Of a stretch of 64,000 bases of DNA, positions 1-8,232 are shown one piece after another. How positions within the stretch are numbered: position 1 is the first letter of the stretch; every line of letters starts with the position of its first letter. The stretch is taken from positions 1 through 64,000 of the forward strand of contig JBIOZK010000075.1 of the NCBI GenBank assembly GCA_044870975.1, given 5' to 3'. Position numbers and translations under genes: made by a program. This stretch comes from Pyrinomonadaceae bacterium (GTDB lineage Bacteria > Acidobacteriota > Blastocatellia > Pyrinomonadales > Pyrinomonadaceae). The notes under the pieces were generated by a model. It worked only from the letters and a program-made list of their open reading frames with translations, did no database searches and was not told where the DNA came from.

Positions 1-23
1 CCCGCGGTTCTGACTGCCGTCAG

Positions 24-587
24 CTAAGACTTCTTAAACATGTCCGGATTGTCCTTGAAAATCTTGTCCGCTTGCGCGCCGAGGTCTTCGGCTTCCTTGT
101 ATAGCTGATCGACTTTCGCGTTATTCGAATTTGCCCGAATGACGAAGCTCGAGCGGTTCGTGCTCTCGATCAAAGCCTGGGGCGTGCCTTTGGCGGCTTC
201 GACCATCTCAGCGCGCTTGTTGTATTCCTTCACCTTTAGAATCAGGTACTGCTTAAACTTGTCGCTGATTTGCAGGCGGCTGGCTTCGTCGTATTTCGAA
301 GCGGCGGCTTTGCATTTTTCGGCAGCCTTGTCATAGGCGGCGATGGCTTCAGCGGCCCGGACGCGCGCTTCGGCCAGACGACGAATATCGGTTTTCATCA
401 TCTGGTCTTTCTTAGCCTCGGCGTCGCTGACGGCCTTCTTGGCTTCCTGTACGGCGGCATTGCCATCATCGACCAGTTTGTTTGCCTTATCGGTTTCGCC
501 GGTGTTGGTACTGCTGCTGCCGCAGGCCCAAATCGCGGCAATGAGCAGAACGAACGCGACGTGACTGCTGAAGTATCTGGGAAACAT
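24..587 (-). CDS. putative lipoprotein, hypothetical
   Basis: 187-aa ORF; N-terminal hydrophobic signal with lipobox-like LIAAIWAC-GSS; Lys/Ala/Glu-rich helical body; no family recognised. Confidence 0.5.
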   Translation of the reverse strand: MFPRYFSSHVAFVLLIAAIWACGSSSTNTGETDKANKLVDDGNAAVQEAKKAVSDAEAKKDQMMKTDIRRLAEARVRAAEAIAAYDKAAEKCKAAASKYDEASRLQISDKFKQYLILKVKEYNKRAEMVEAAKGTPQALIESTNRSSFVIRANSNNAKVDQLYKEAEDLGAQADKIFKDNPDMFKKS

Positions 588-703
588 TTTCGTTCGGATC
601 CTTTCAGGGTTTTAGAAAACAGAAAAACTAGTGCGAATCACGAGTCGCCCGCCGGCGCTACGAGTTGGTCTCTGCCATCGCGATCTTTTTCTTCGTGTTG
701 TGT

Positions 704-2374
704 TCAGGCGAGCGGCACTGATTGTCCCGCCTGCACGTAAGCATGTTCGTACAGCGCCATTCCGACCAGAGCTAAGGGCGTGGCGCCGGTCGTAATCGTT
801 GGATCAAAAACGGTGACTCCCTCAAGGATGGGAAGGCGACTAGCCAACACTATCATCGGCATCAATCCACCGATCGCGCTCAGGATAATCCCGGCCCAGA
901 AGTAGCTGCGATAGCGTCCGCTGGTCATTTCCCAAATCGCGGCACGCGTATGGGCCGTGCCGTGCGTCAGCGAAAGTTCACCGGCGACCATCACCAGGTG
1001 TAATAAGGTCGTGATCGCAAGCATCCACAGCAGCGCCATCCCAGGCCGGGGAACGGACAAATACCCGACGGGTTCGCGAAACGAACCGTGCCAAACCGCG
1101 AACGGTAAGATTATCGCCGAGCCCAGCAGCAGCGCCTGCGTTAGTAAATGTGGCGGCAACAGGGGACTCTGCCATAGATCGCGGGCTTTCGCCTGGGCAA
1201 ATAAATAGGCCGTATAGACAGCCGTCAGAGCGGCAAAGATAATTCCCGGCAGCACCAGCCACCGCAACCATGAAAAATCCAGATCTGGCTTACGACTGGC
1301 CAGCACTACCACAAGTAAATGCAATACGAGTATCAGCGAGTATCCGGCAATGATATAGGCGCCCCTTACCAACCAACTGCGCCACTGAGAATGCGTGAAG
1401 ATCATAAAGAACCGCATCGGATGCTCGAGGTCCCAAATCAGCAGGCCGCCGGTAATCCCCAGGAATGCAGCAGAGATAACCGGTGCGACAGTGGTCCACA
1501 GCCAATCGCCGAAGCCCATGTACCCAAACAAAACCAAAAGCGCCGCGACCAGATAAACACCGCTCGCAATCCCTTTGGTCCACGTATACAAACTCACCCG
1601 CCAGTCCCAGGGAATTGAATGGGCGACGTCGTAAGTCAACAGCGCGGCCGCCGAAGTATTGTTGTAAGTCGGATTGCCGGAGACGACGTGCTCGTTCGAT
1701 TGGCGCTGCTCGCTCCACATGAAGAGGCCCGCTTCCGGACGACGCGCCGCCAGCGGATCGAGTGTCGCCTGATGCGCGCCTTTGTAGAAGAGCTTCGGCA
1801 GCGTTTCTTTTTCAGGGCGACGCACGTTTACCGGCTCGCGATTCACGATTTGACCAACGTACGAATCGCCGTCGTTCATATCACCAATCAAAATTGCCTG
1901 GGTGGGACACACGACGACGCAGGCTGGTTCCAATCCCACGTCGATGCGGTGCGCGCAGAAGTTACATTTTTCGGCCGAATGATCTTCGGGATTAATAAAG
2001 ATGGCGTCGTAGGGACAAGCAGCCATGCAGGCTTTGCAGCCGATGCAGATGGACTTGTCGAAATCGACGATGCCGTCCGCGCGCTTGAACATCGCCGCAG
2101 TTGGACAAGCAGCGACGCACGGCGCATGCGCGCATTGATTACAACGGGTCACCTGGTGCGCGCGCCGCGTCTGCGGAAAGACGCCAACATCGACGTGCTT
2201 AACGTAGGTGCGGGTGACACCGATGGGAACAACGTTTTCAGATTTGCACGCAGTTGTGCACGCGTGACAGCCGATGCAGCGCGTATGATCGATGACCTTC
2301 GCCCACTGCACACGCGTGTTTTGTTCCTCGATCATTTTTGACACGCAGGGACCATCCCTGAGAACTGCATGCAC
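704..2374 (-). CDS. fused 4Fe-4S ferredoxin-type iron-sulfur protein / NrfD(PsrC)-family polytopic membrane subunit
   Basis: N-terminal ~230 aa with four ferredoxin-type Cys clusters (CIGCHACTTAC, CNQCAHAPCVAACP, CIGCKACMAACP, CNFCAHR..CVVVCP); C-terminal ~300 aa with 8-10 hydrophobic helices as in NrfD/PsrC quinol-interacting subunits; likely true start MIEEQNTRV near 2335; antisense ORFs inside are treated as spurious. Confidence 0.7.
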   Translation of the reverse strand: MHAVLRDGPCVSKMIEEQNTRVQWAKVIDHTRCIGCHACTTACKSENVVPIGVTRTYVKHVDVGVFPQTRRAHQVTRCNQCAHAPCVAACPTAAMFKRADGIVDFDKSICIGCKACMAACPYDAIFINPEDHSAEKCNFCAHRIDVGLEPACVVVCPTQAILIGDMNDGDSYVGQIVNREPVNVRRPEKETLPKLFYKGAHQATLDPLAARRPEAGLFMWSEQRQSNEHVVSGNPTYNNTSAAALLTYDVAHSIPWDWRVSLYTWTKGIASGVYLVAALLVLFGYMGFGDWLWTTVAPVISAAFLGITGGLLIWDLEHPMRFFMIFTHSQWRSWLVRGAYIIAGYSLILVLHLLVVVLASRKPDLDFSWLRWLVLPGIIFAALTAVYTAYLFAQAKARDLWQSPLLPPHLLTQALLLGSAIILPFAVWHGSFREPVGYLSVPRPGMALLWMLAITTLLHLVMVAGELSLTHGTAHTRAAIWEMTSGRYRSYFWAGIILSAIGGLMPMIVLASRLPILEGVTVFDPTITTGATPLALVGMALYEHAYVQAGQSVPLA

Positions 2375-2446
2375 TCCGAAAACTAAAACGTGGCGCGCAC
2401 TATAACATGCAAGCTGGCGGTGCTGACAGCGGTTGTTGCAGCCAAT

Positions 2447-3241
2447 TTACAGACGAAATTTCAGGGTGTTACCCAGAACGTTTAGATCGCCCGGACGCGA
2501 GTGTCCGTCGTTCTGTCGCATGTAGTAAACCTCAAATGTGAAATGGCTGTTCACCTTCTTGGCGACGCCGGCGTAAATGCGATTGCGAATCCAGGCATCA
2601 AAATGGGTGTCATAAAAGACTTCATCGGCGATAAATCCGGTGAGGCCCCCAACCTTCAGCGCTCGCTCCAACTGCAGCCGATTACGATAGTGAATGAAAT
2701 TCAGATGCGGCGTGCGCCAATGGTATTCAAACCGGTTTCGATCGCTGATCGTCACGTGATGAAGCGGAAATTTCAGAGTAGCTTCGATCGTCAATCGTTC
2801 CTCCTTATTGCGCGACACCACGGCCGGCTGGTTTTCGAAATGTGTGTAGAACGGAAAGACGGTCAGGTGTTTTCCAAGTCTGAACGAGACTCCGAGACCA
2901 GTGGCGGCATGCTCCGCCACCGGCCGCTCAGACTTGCGGCCAAGATGTAGATATCCCAGCAGGACCAGGTCAATCCGGTCGTTCATCGGAGCGGAAAATT
3001 GCTGCTCGCTCCAGAATTGCGTCGCCGAATGCGGCGGCGCTGTTTGGCCGGAAACACTGACGGCGCCCAGCGAGATTGCGCCAAAGGTTATGATCTTGAT
3101 GATGAAAGAAACTGCGAACCGTTGCGAACACGCAGGCTCAAAAAAGCGACAGGTCTCAGTCATTGATTCCGAGTTAGGAGTAAATTGCGGTGTGTTTATA
3201 GCATTCTTTTCGCTAACCGAGGTACGCTTTTCGCCGACCAA
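2447..3241 (-). CDS. DUF2490-like beta-rich hypothetical protein (probable outer-membrane/secreted)
   Basis: 264-aa ORF; internal signal-like segment FIIKIITFGAISLGAVSVSGQ suggests real start at MTETCRFF (~3163); aromatic-rich repeats; family assignment from memory only. Confidence 0.45.
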   Translation of the reverse strand: MVGEKRTSVSEKNAINTPQFTPNSESMTETCRFFEPACSQRFAVSFIIKIITFGAISLGAVSVSGQTAPPHSATQFWSEQQFSAPMNDRIDLVLLGYLHLGRKSERPVAEHAATGLGVSFRLGKHLTVFPFYTHFENQPAVVSRNKEERLTIEATLKFPLHHVTISDRNRFEYHWRTPHLNFIHYRNRLQLERALKVGGLTGFIADEVFYDTHFDAWIRNRIYAGVAKKVNSHFTFEVYYMRQNDGHSRPGDLNVLGNTLKFRL

Positions 3242-3525
3242 TTTTTTCTATGATTGCGGCCGGGATGGATGAGAATCGCCCCAATGGCGAAACTTCGGGT
3301 ACTTTGTGCGAATTTAGGCGAATTACCTGCTAGTCATCGCAGCTCATTAATTCCCTTACGACATAGAGGCTCCAACCCTTCCGGTTATCGGAAAACCGTT
3401 GACGCATCTTCGGACGGCTCGTTATGATGGAATTGGTTCCGGCCTCTTCTGAGAAGCGCCCAACCCTTCAGTTTCTTGCCCAACCTCAAAAGAATGTTTT
3501 AGAAACTGCGAGACGAACTGTCCCC

Positions 3526-4695
3526 ATGCCAGTCAAACTTGATGATCTATTAATTACAGCTACCGCCCACTTTGCTTCTGACCTGCATCTGAAAGTCGGC
3601 TCATGTCCGGTGATGCGCATCGGCGGCGAGTTGCACACTATCGCTGAAGCGCCGCGATTGTCTCCGGACGACACACTCGACATGGCCTTCTCGATCATGT
3701 CGAACCGCCAGAAGCAAAAGCTGAAAGAATTTTCCGAAGTTGATATCGCTTACAGCGTGAGCGGCGTCGGCAGATTTCGCGCCAACATTTTTCAGCAGCG
3801 GGGGACGGTGAGTCTCGTGCTCCGCGTCATCCCCGATCATACTAAGAACGCGACGCAACTCGGGCTGCCGCCCGTGATCGATCGGATTTGTGAAGAGCGG
3901 CGCGGATTGATCCTGGTGACCGGCGCGACGGGTTCAGGAAAGTCGACGACGCTGGCGGCCATGATTGACCGGATCAATTCGTCGCGTTCGGGACACATCG
4001 TCACGATCGAAGACCCCATCGAATTCCTGCACCGCGATAAGAAGGCCTTCGTCACCCAGCGCGAAGTTGAAGTCGATACCCGTTCGTTTGCTGAAGCGTT
4101 ACGGGGCGCTTTGCGGCAGGACCCGGATGTAATCCTGGTTGGAGAAATGCGGGACGAAGAAACGATTGAAACTGCGTTGACCGCGGCCGAGACCGGCCAC
4201 CTGGTGCTCTCGACTCTGCACACGCTGGACGCGACCGAGACGGTCACTCGCATAGTTTCATCATTCCCATCGCATCAACAAAAGTCGGTGCGTATTCAAC
4301 TCGCCGGCATTCTGAAAGCGGTCATCTCGATGCGTCTGGTGCGCGCCGCAAAGGGTTCAGGCCGCGTGCCTGCGGTTGAGGTGCTGGTCTCGACGGGATT
4401 AATTCGCGACTACATCATCAACGAAGAGAAGACGTACATGATTCGCGAGGCCATCGCCAACGGCGCCTCCCAGTACGGCATGCAGACCTTCGATCAATCT
4501 TTGTTCGCGTTACTCCAGCAGAGACGAATCTCGATGGAAGAAGCGATTCACAACGCGACCAACGCGGACGAATTCAAGATGCGCGTCTCGGGCATTATGT
4601 CCACGGGACAGGCGATGAATGTGGAAGGAAATCTCAAGAGCGATCCTCTACCGCCGCCACGCGAGAAGATGGAATCGGTGATCGTGAAGCTTTAA
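3526..4695 (+). CDS. pilT: type IV pilus retraction ATPase PilT (PilT/PilU family)
   Basis: Walker A GATGSGKSTT, Asp box DPDVILVGEMRD, His box LVLSTLHT, ASDLHL N-terminal motif; ORF is open from 3424 but PilT alignment starts at MPVKLDDLL (ATG 3526). Confidence 0.85.
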   Translation: MPVKLDDLLITATAHFASDLHLKVGSCPVMRIGGELHTIAEAPRLSPDDTLDMAFSIMSNRQKQKLKEFSEVDIAYSVSGVGRFRANIFQQRGTVSLVLRVIPDHTKNATQLGLPPVIDRICEERRGLILVTGATGSGKSTTLAAMIDRINSSRSGHIVTIEDPIEFLHRDKKAFVTQREVEVDTRSFAEALRGALRQDPDVILVGEMRDEETIETALTAAETGHLVLSTLHTLDATETVTRIVSSFPSHQQKSVRIQLAGILKAVISMRLVRAAKGSGRVPAVEVLVSTGLIRDYIINEEKTYMIREAIANGASQYGMQTFDQSLFALLQQRRISMEEAIHNATNADEFKMRVSGIMSTGQAMNVEGNLKSDPLPPPREKMESVIVKL

Positions 4696-4810
4696 TTTGG
4701 AGTGCGCCGGCAGAGCGAAGCGGCGACGGCGCTTTGGATTGCGGTAATACGCCGATATGAAATCCAAAGCGATATCGCCGCCTTCGCTCTGCCACCGCAC
4801 TCCAAATTAG
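4694..4810. repeat. GGAGTGCG..CGCACTCC-family palindromic element (copy A) between convergent pilT and mazG
   Basis: ~45-bp imperfect inverted arms TTTGGAGTGCGCCGGCAGAGCGAAGCGGCGACGGCGCTTTGGAT / ATCCAAAGCG..CGCACTCCAAA; related copies elsewhere in window. Confidence 0.7.
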
Positions 4811-5679
4811 CGTTTGGCTTCCTGCCAGAGGGCTTCCAGGTCATTGATCGTAACGTCGTCGAACTTGCGCTGTTGCTCTCGCAGGCGGTCCTCGATAAAT
4901 CTAAACCGCTGCCGGAATTTGCGGTTGCTCAATTTCAAGGCGGCCTCAGGCTCGACATTCAAACGGCGCGCGATGTTCGTAATGACGAACAGCAAATCCC
5001 CGATTTCTTCGCGCACATGCGCGTGATCGGCTTCGTCGTTGGTTTCGGCGTGCGCCGTAATGGCGGCGCGCAGTTCATCGAGTTCTTCCTGCATTTTGTC
5101 GAAAATTTCTTCGACGTTCTTCCAGTCAAATCCGACGCGCGCGACCTTGGTTGAGATTTGATGCGCCTCCATCAAGGCCGGCGCTTTCGTTGAGACACCG
5201 TCGAGAATTGACGCCGTTCGGTTCGCGTCGTTTCCGGCCGCCCGCTTCTCTTCAGCTTTGATTGCTTCCCAGTTGCGCAAAACCTCCGCCGAATCGCCTG
5301 CGGTCGTGTCAGCAAACACGTGCGGATGTCGCCGCACCATCTTTTCGTGGACCTGGGTGATGACATCGTCGATGTTGAATTCACCCTTCTCCTTGGCGAC
5401 GCGCGCAAAAAAAGTAATTTGAAAAAGCAGGTCGCCAAGTTCTTCGCGGAGGTTATCGAAGCGTCCGAGTCGGGCCTCTTCCATCGCGTCGAACGCTTCA
5501 TAGGCCTCTTCCAAAAGCATGGGCGCGAGCGTGGCATAAGTTTGTTCGCGGTCCCACGGACAGCCGCCCGGATCGCGCAGTCGATCCATCAATTCAACCA
5601 GGTCAGCAAAAGTTTTCGCCATGTGATTGGTTTCAGAGTAGCGCAAGTTAATAACTTGCGCAGCTTCGCAACTTAGCAA
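4807..5679 (-). CDS. mazG: nucleoside triphosphate pyrophosphohydrolase MazG
   Basis: tandem MazG domains, FADLVELMDRLRDPGGCPWDREQT and EExYEL/EELGDLLF motifs twice; likely start at MAKTF (5622). Confidence 0.85.
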   Translation of the reverse strand: MLSCEAAQVINLRYSETNHMAKTFADLVELMDRLRDPGGCPWDREQTYATLAPMLLEEAYEAFDAMEEARLGRFDNLREELGDLLFQITFFARVAKEKGEFNIDDVITQVHEKMVRRHPHVFADTTAGDSAEVLRNWEAIKAEEKRAAGNDANRTASILDGVSTKAPALMEAHQISTKVARVGFDWKNVEEIFDKMQEELDELRAAITAHAETNDEADHAHVREEIGDLLFVITNIARRLNVEPEAALKLSNRKFRQRFRFIEDRLREQQRKFDDVTINDLEALWQEAKR

Positions 5680-5792
5680 TTTGCGCTACTTTGCTCAAAT
5701 GAAACGCGATGCTAAGATCGACGGTGTCCTAATTCCACTTCAGCCGGTGCGCATGCTGCTTACGATATTCATGCGTATCACTGTGCAAGCGT

Positions 5793-6326
5793 ATGAGTGA
5801 AGAACAACCTACATTCAAAGTAGTTGACCGTCGCCCTTTCAATCCTGACGGTTCGCCGCGTGAACTGTCTGAGCAGGAAAAGCAGGAAGCTGAAAGCGCC
5901 GCCAAGGCCGCCGAGGTTGAAAACGCTGCGGCGAAAGTCCTGTCTTCTCAACCAGCGCCGCCGGCCGAACCGCCACCCCGTCCCGCACCTTCGCGCCCGG
6001 AACGAGAACATGCGCATGGCGATCCGCTCGATGATCCGGCCAGTTTTCTCAGTCTCGTGATGTCCCTGGCATCCAATGCAGCCGCGAGCCTGGGAATGAT
6101 GCCGCATCCCGTGACGGGCGAAACGGGCGTGGACCTGCAAACCGCCAAGCATTGGATCGATGTACTGGGAATGCTGGAGCAGAAAACCCGAGGCAACCTG
6201 GATGTTCAGGAGGCGCAGACACTTGAGCATCTGTTAGCCGATTTGCGCATGCAGTACGTCTCGTTCACGAATGCTCCCGCTTCACCCACGAAGTTCAGCG
6301 CCAGCGACATCACCGGCGGAAAATGA
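5793..6326 (+). CDS. hypothetical protein (DUF1844-like, FKVVDRRPF motif)
   Basis: 177-aa ORF, Pro/Ala-rich low-complexity middle, conserved-looking N- and C-terminal segments. Confidence 0.45.
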   Translation: MSEEQPTFKVVDRRPFNPDGSPRELSEQEKQEAESAAKAAEVENAAAKVLSSQPAPPAEPPPRPAPSRPEREHAHGDPLDDPASFLSLVMSLASNAAASLGMMPHPVTGETGVDLQTAKHWIDVLGMLEQKTRGNLDVQEAQTLEHLLADLRMQYVSFTNAPASPTKFSASDITGGK

Positions 6327-6334
6327 ATGCGGTC

Positions 6335-6415
6335 AGCCGTAAGCAGTAAGCAGTTCAGACTCTCAATCCAGAGATTTCGCATGACGGCTCACTGCTCACC
6401 GCTCACTGCTCACTA
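6335..6415. repeat. heptamer-repeat hairpin upstream of MBL gene
   Basis: GTAAGCAGTAAGCAG ... GCTCACTGCTCACCGCTCACTGCTCAC (imperfectly complementary). Confidence 0.55.
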
Positions 6416-6417
6416 AA

Positions 6418-7185
6418 ATGAGACTCACCTTTTTAGGCACCGGCACCTCGACAGGCGTGCCTTCAATCGCGTGCGACTGCGAGACGTGCACGTCTGACGA
6501 TCCGCGTGATCAGCGGCTGCGCGTTTCAGTGCTCATCGAACACGCCGGCCAGACTGTCATCGTCGATACCTCCAGCGATTTCAGACAGCAGGCCCTGAGA
6601 ATTGGATTGCGGCACCTGGATGCGGTGCTGATCACACATTGTCACGCCGATCACATCTTTGGATTGGATGACATTCGGCCGCTGAATTTTCGTCATGGAG
6701 CACTGGGCCTTTATGCGAATGAGCGTGCGTGGAAGGATATCCGCCGCATCTTTCAATACGTCTTTGAGCCGACGCACTTCGGCGGCGGTTTGCCGCAGAT
6801 TGTTCCGCACACGGTCGTCAACGGCGCGCCTTTTTGCCTTGGTCGCGACCTTGAAGTAACGCCGCTCGAAGTCATTCACGGACGGCTGCCGGTAATCGCT
6901 TATCGCTTCAACGACTTTGCTTACGCGACTGACTTGAGCGAGATTCCGCCGGCCACCCTCGATGGATTACGAGGTCTGAAAGTGCTCGCGCTTGATTGCC
7001 TGCGGATTCGCCCGCATCAGACACACCTTTGGCTCGAGCGGGCGCTGGAATACGTCGAACAGTTGAAGCCCGAGCGTACCTACTTCACTCACATCACCCA
7101 TGAAGTGAAACACGCGCGTGATTCAAAGTTGCTCCCCGATGGAGTCGAGTGGGCTTATGACGGGCTGATTATTAGTGACGAGTGA
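6418..7185 (+). CDS. MBL-fold metallo-hydrolase (PhnP/RNase Z-like)
   Basis: LTFLGTGTSTGVP start and HCHADHIFGLDD metal-binding motif. Confidence 0.75.
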   Translation: MRLTFLGTGTSTGVPSIACDCETCTSDDPRDQRLRVSVLIEHAGQTVIVDTSSDFRQQALRIGLRHLDAVLITHCHADHIFGLDDIRPLNFRHGALGLYANERAWKDIRRIFQYVFEPTHFGGGLPQIVPHTVVNGAPFCLGRDLEVTPLEVIHGRLPVIAYRFNDFAYATDLSEIPPATLDGLRGLKVLALDCLRIRPHQTHLWLERALEYVEQLKPERTYFTHITHEVKHARDSKLLPDGVEWAYDGLIISDE

Positions 7186-7240
7186 CTTGTGACAAGTGAC
7201 AAGCAGGACGGCGAACATCTTGTCACTTGCCACTTGTCAT
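7178..7240. repeat. heptamer-repeat hairpin downstream of MBL gene / upstream of ribF
   Basis: GTGACTTGTGACAAGTGACAAG ... CTTGTCACTTGCCACTTGTCA. Confidence 0.6.
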
Positions 7241-7242
7241 TC

Positions 7243-8214
7243 ATGAAATTATTTCACGGGACTGAGAACGCTGATATTGCGCGCCCGAACGTTGTCACGC
7301 TGGGTGTGTTTGATGGACTGCATCTCGGTCACCAGCTCATCATGAAGACCGTCGTTGATCGCGCGCGCGCGATGGGCGCAATTCCCACCGTCATAACTTT
7401 CGAGCCTCATCCGCGCGCCGTGCTGCATCCTGAGTCCGCGCCGCCGCTGCTGCAGACTTTTGATCAGAAGATTGAAGCGCTCGGGATCCTGGGCATCGAA
7501 CAGACAATCATCATCCATTTCGATCGCGCGTTTTCAGAAATTCGGGCTGAGGACTTTCTACGAGATACCATCGCTAATCGGCTCCGGGCCAGGGAAATCT
7601 ACCTGGGCCGCGGTTTTGCCTTCGGACACAACCGCGAAGGCAACATTGAATTACTCCGCCGGATAAGCAGCCAGCTCGGTTTTTTTGCCGATGAAGTTCC
7701 AGAAGTGCGCTTGCGTGGCACCCGAATAGGTTCGACGCGCATTCGCGAACTTTTGTTGGATGGGCGCGTGAACCTCGCCCGTCGAATGCTCGGCCGTCCT
7801 TACGGAGTTGAAGGCCTGGTGGTTCGCGGTGACCAGCGGGGCGTCAAGTTGGGATTTCCTACGGCGAACATCCAGCCCCGAAATCGGGTCACTCCACGCG
7901 CGGGCGTTTATGTCACGGCGACTTTACTCGGCGACAGATGGCGCGGCAGCGTCACGAATATCGGCACCCGGCCAACGTTCGGCGACCATGCGGAGAGCTC
8001 AATCGAAACGCATGTAATTAATTGGAGTGGCAATCTTTACGGTGACGTCGTGCGGGTGCGGTTTCTCCATCGGTTGCGTGACGAGCAGAAGTTCGCATCT
8101 CTCGAGCAATTGAAATCGCAAATAGAATCCGACGTGGCATCTGCCCGCCATTACTTCGAACATGCGAGTGTAAGAAAGAATCTACTTGTTGACTGCGCAC
8201 CTGAGAGCGTCTAG
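7243..8214 (+). CDS. ribF: bifunctional riboflavin kinase / FMN adenylyltransferase
   Basis: VVTLGVFDGLHLGHQ nucleotidyltransferase motif and C-terminal riboflavin kinase domain; upstream 18 codons of the ORF translate a hairpin element, so ATG at 7243 (MKLFHG) is preferred. Confidence 0.9.
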   Translation: MKLFHGTENADIARPNVVTLGVFDGLHLGHQLIMKTVVDRARAMGAIPTVITFEPHPRAVLHPESAPPLLQTFDQKIEALGILGIEQTIIIHFDRAFSEIRAEDFLRDTIANRLRAREIYLGRGFAFGHNREGNIELLRRISSQLGFFADEVPEVRLRGTRIGSTRIRELLLDGRVNLARRMLGRPYGVEGLVVRGDQRGVKLGFPTANIQPRNRVTPRAGVYVTATLLGDRWRGSVTNIGTRPTFGDHAESSIETHVINWSGNLYGDVVRVRFLHRLRDEQKFASLEQLKSQIESDVASARHYFEHASVRKNLLVDCAPESV

Positions 8215-8232
8215 TTTCTGACAACGCGATTC

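Noticed and set aside
1619-2341. 240-aa plus-strand ORF (and several others at 957-2127) inside the Fe-S/NrfD gene
   Set aside because: These are antisense and overlap a strongly supported gene. Their composition is Arg-rich with no motifs.
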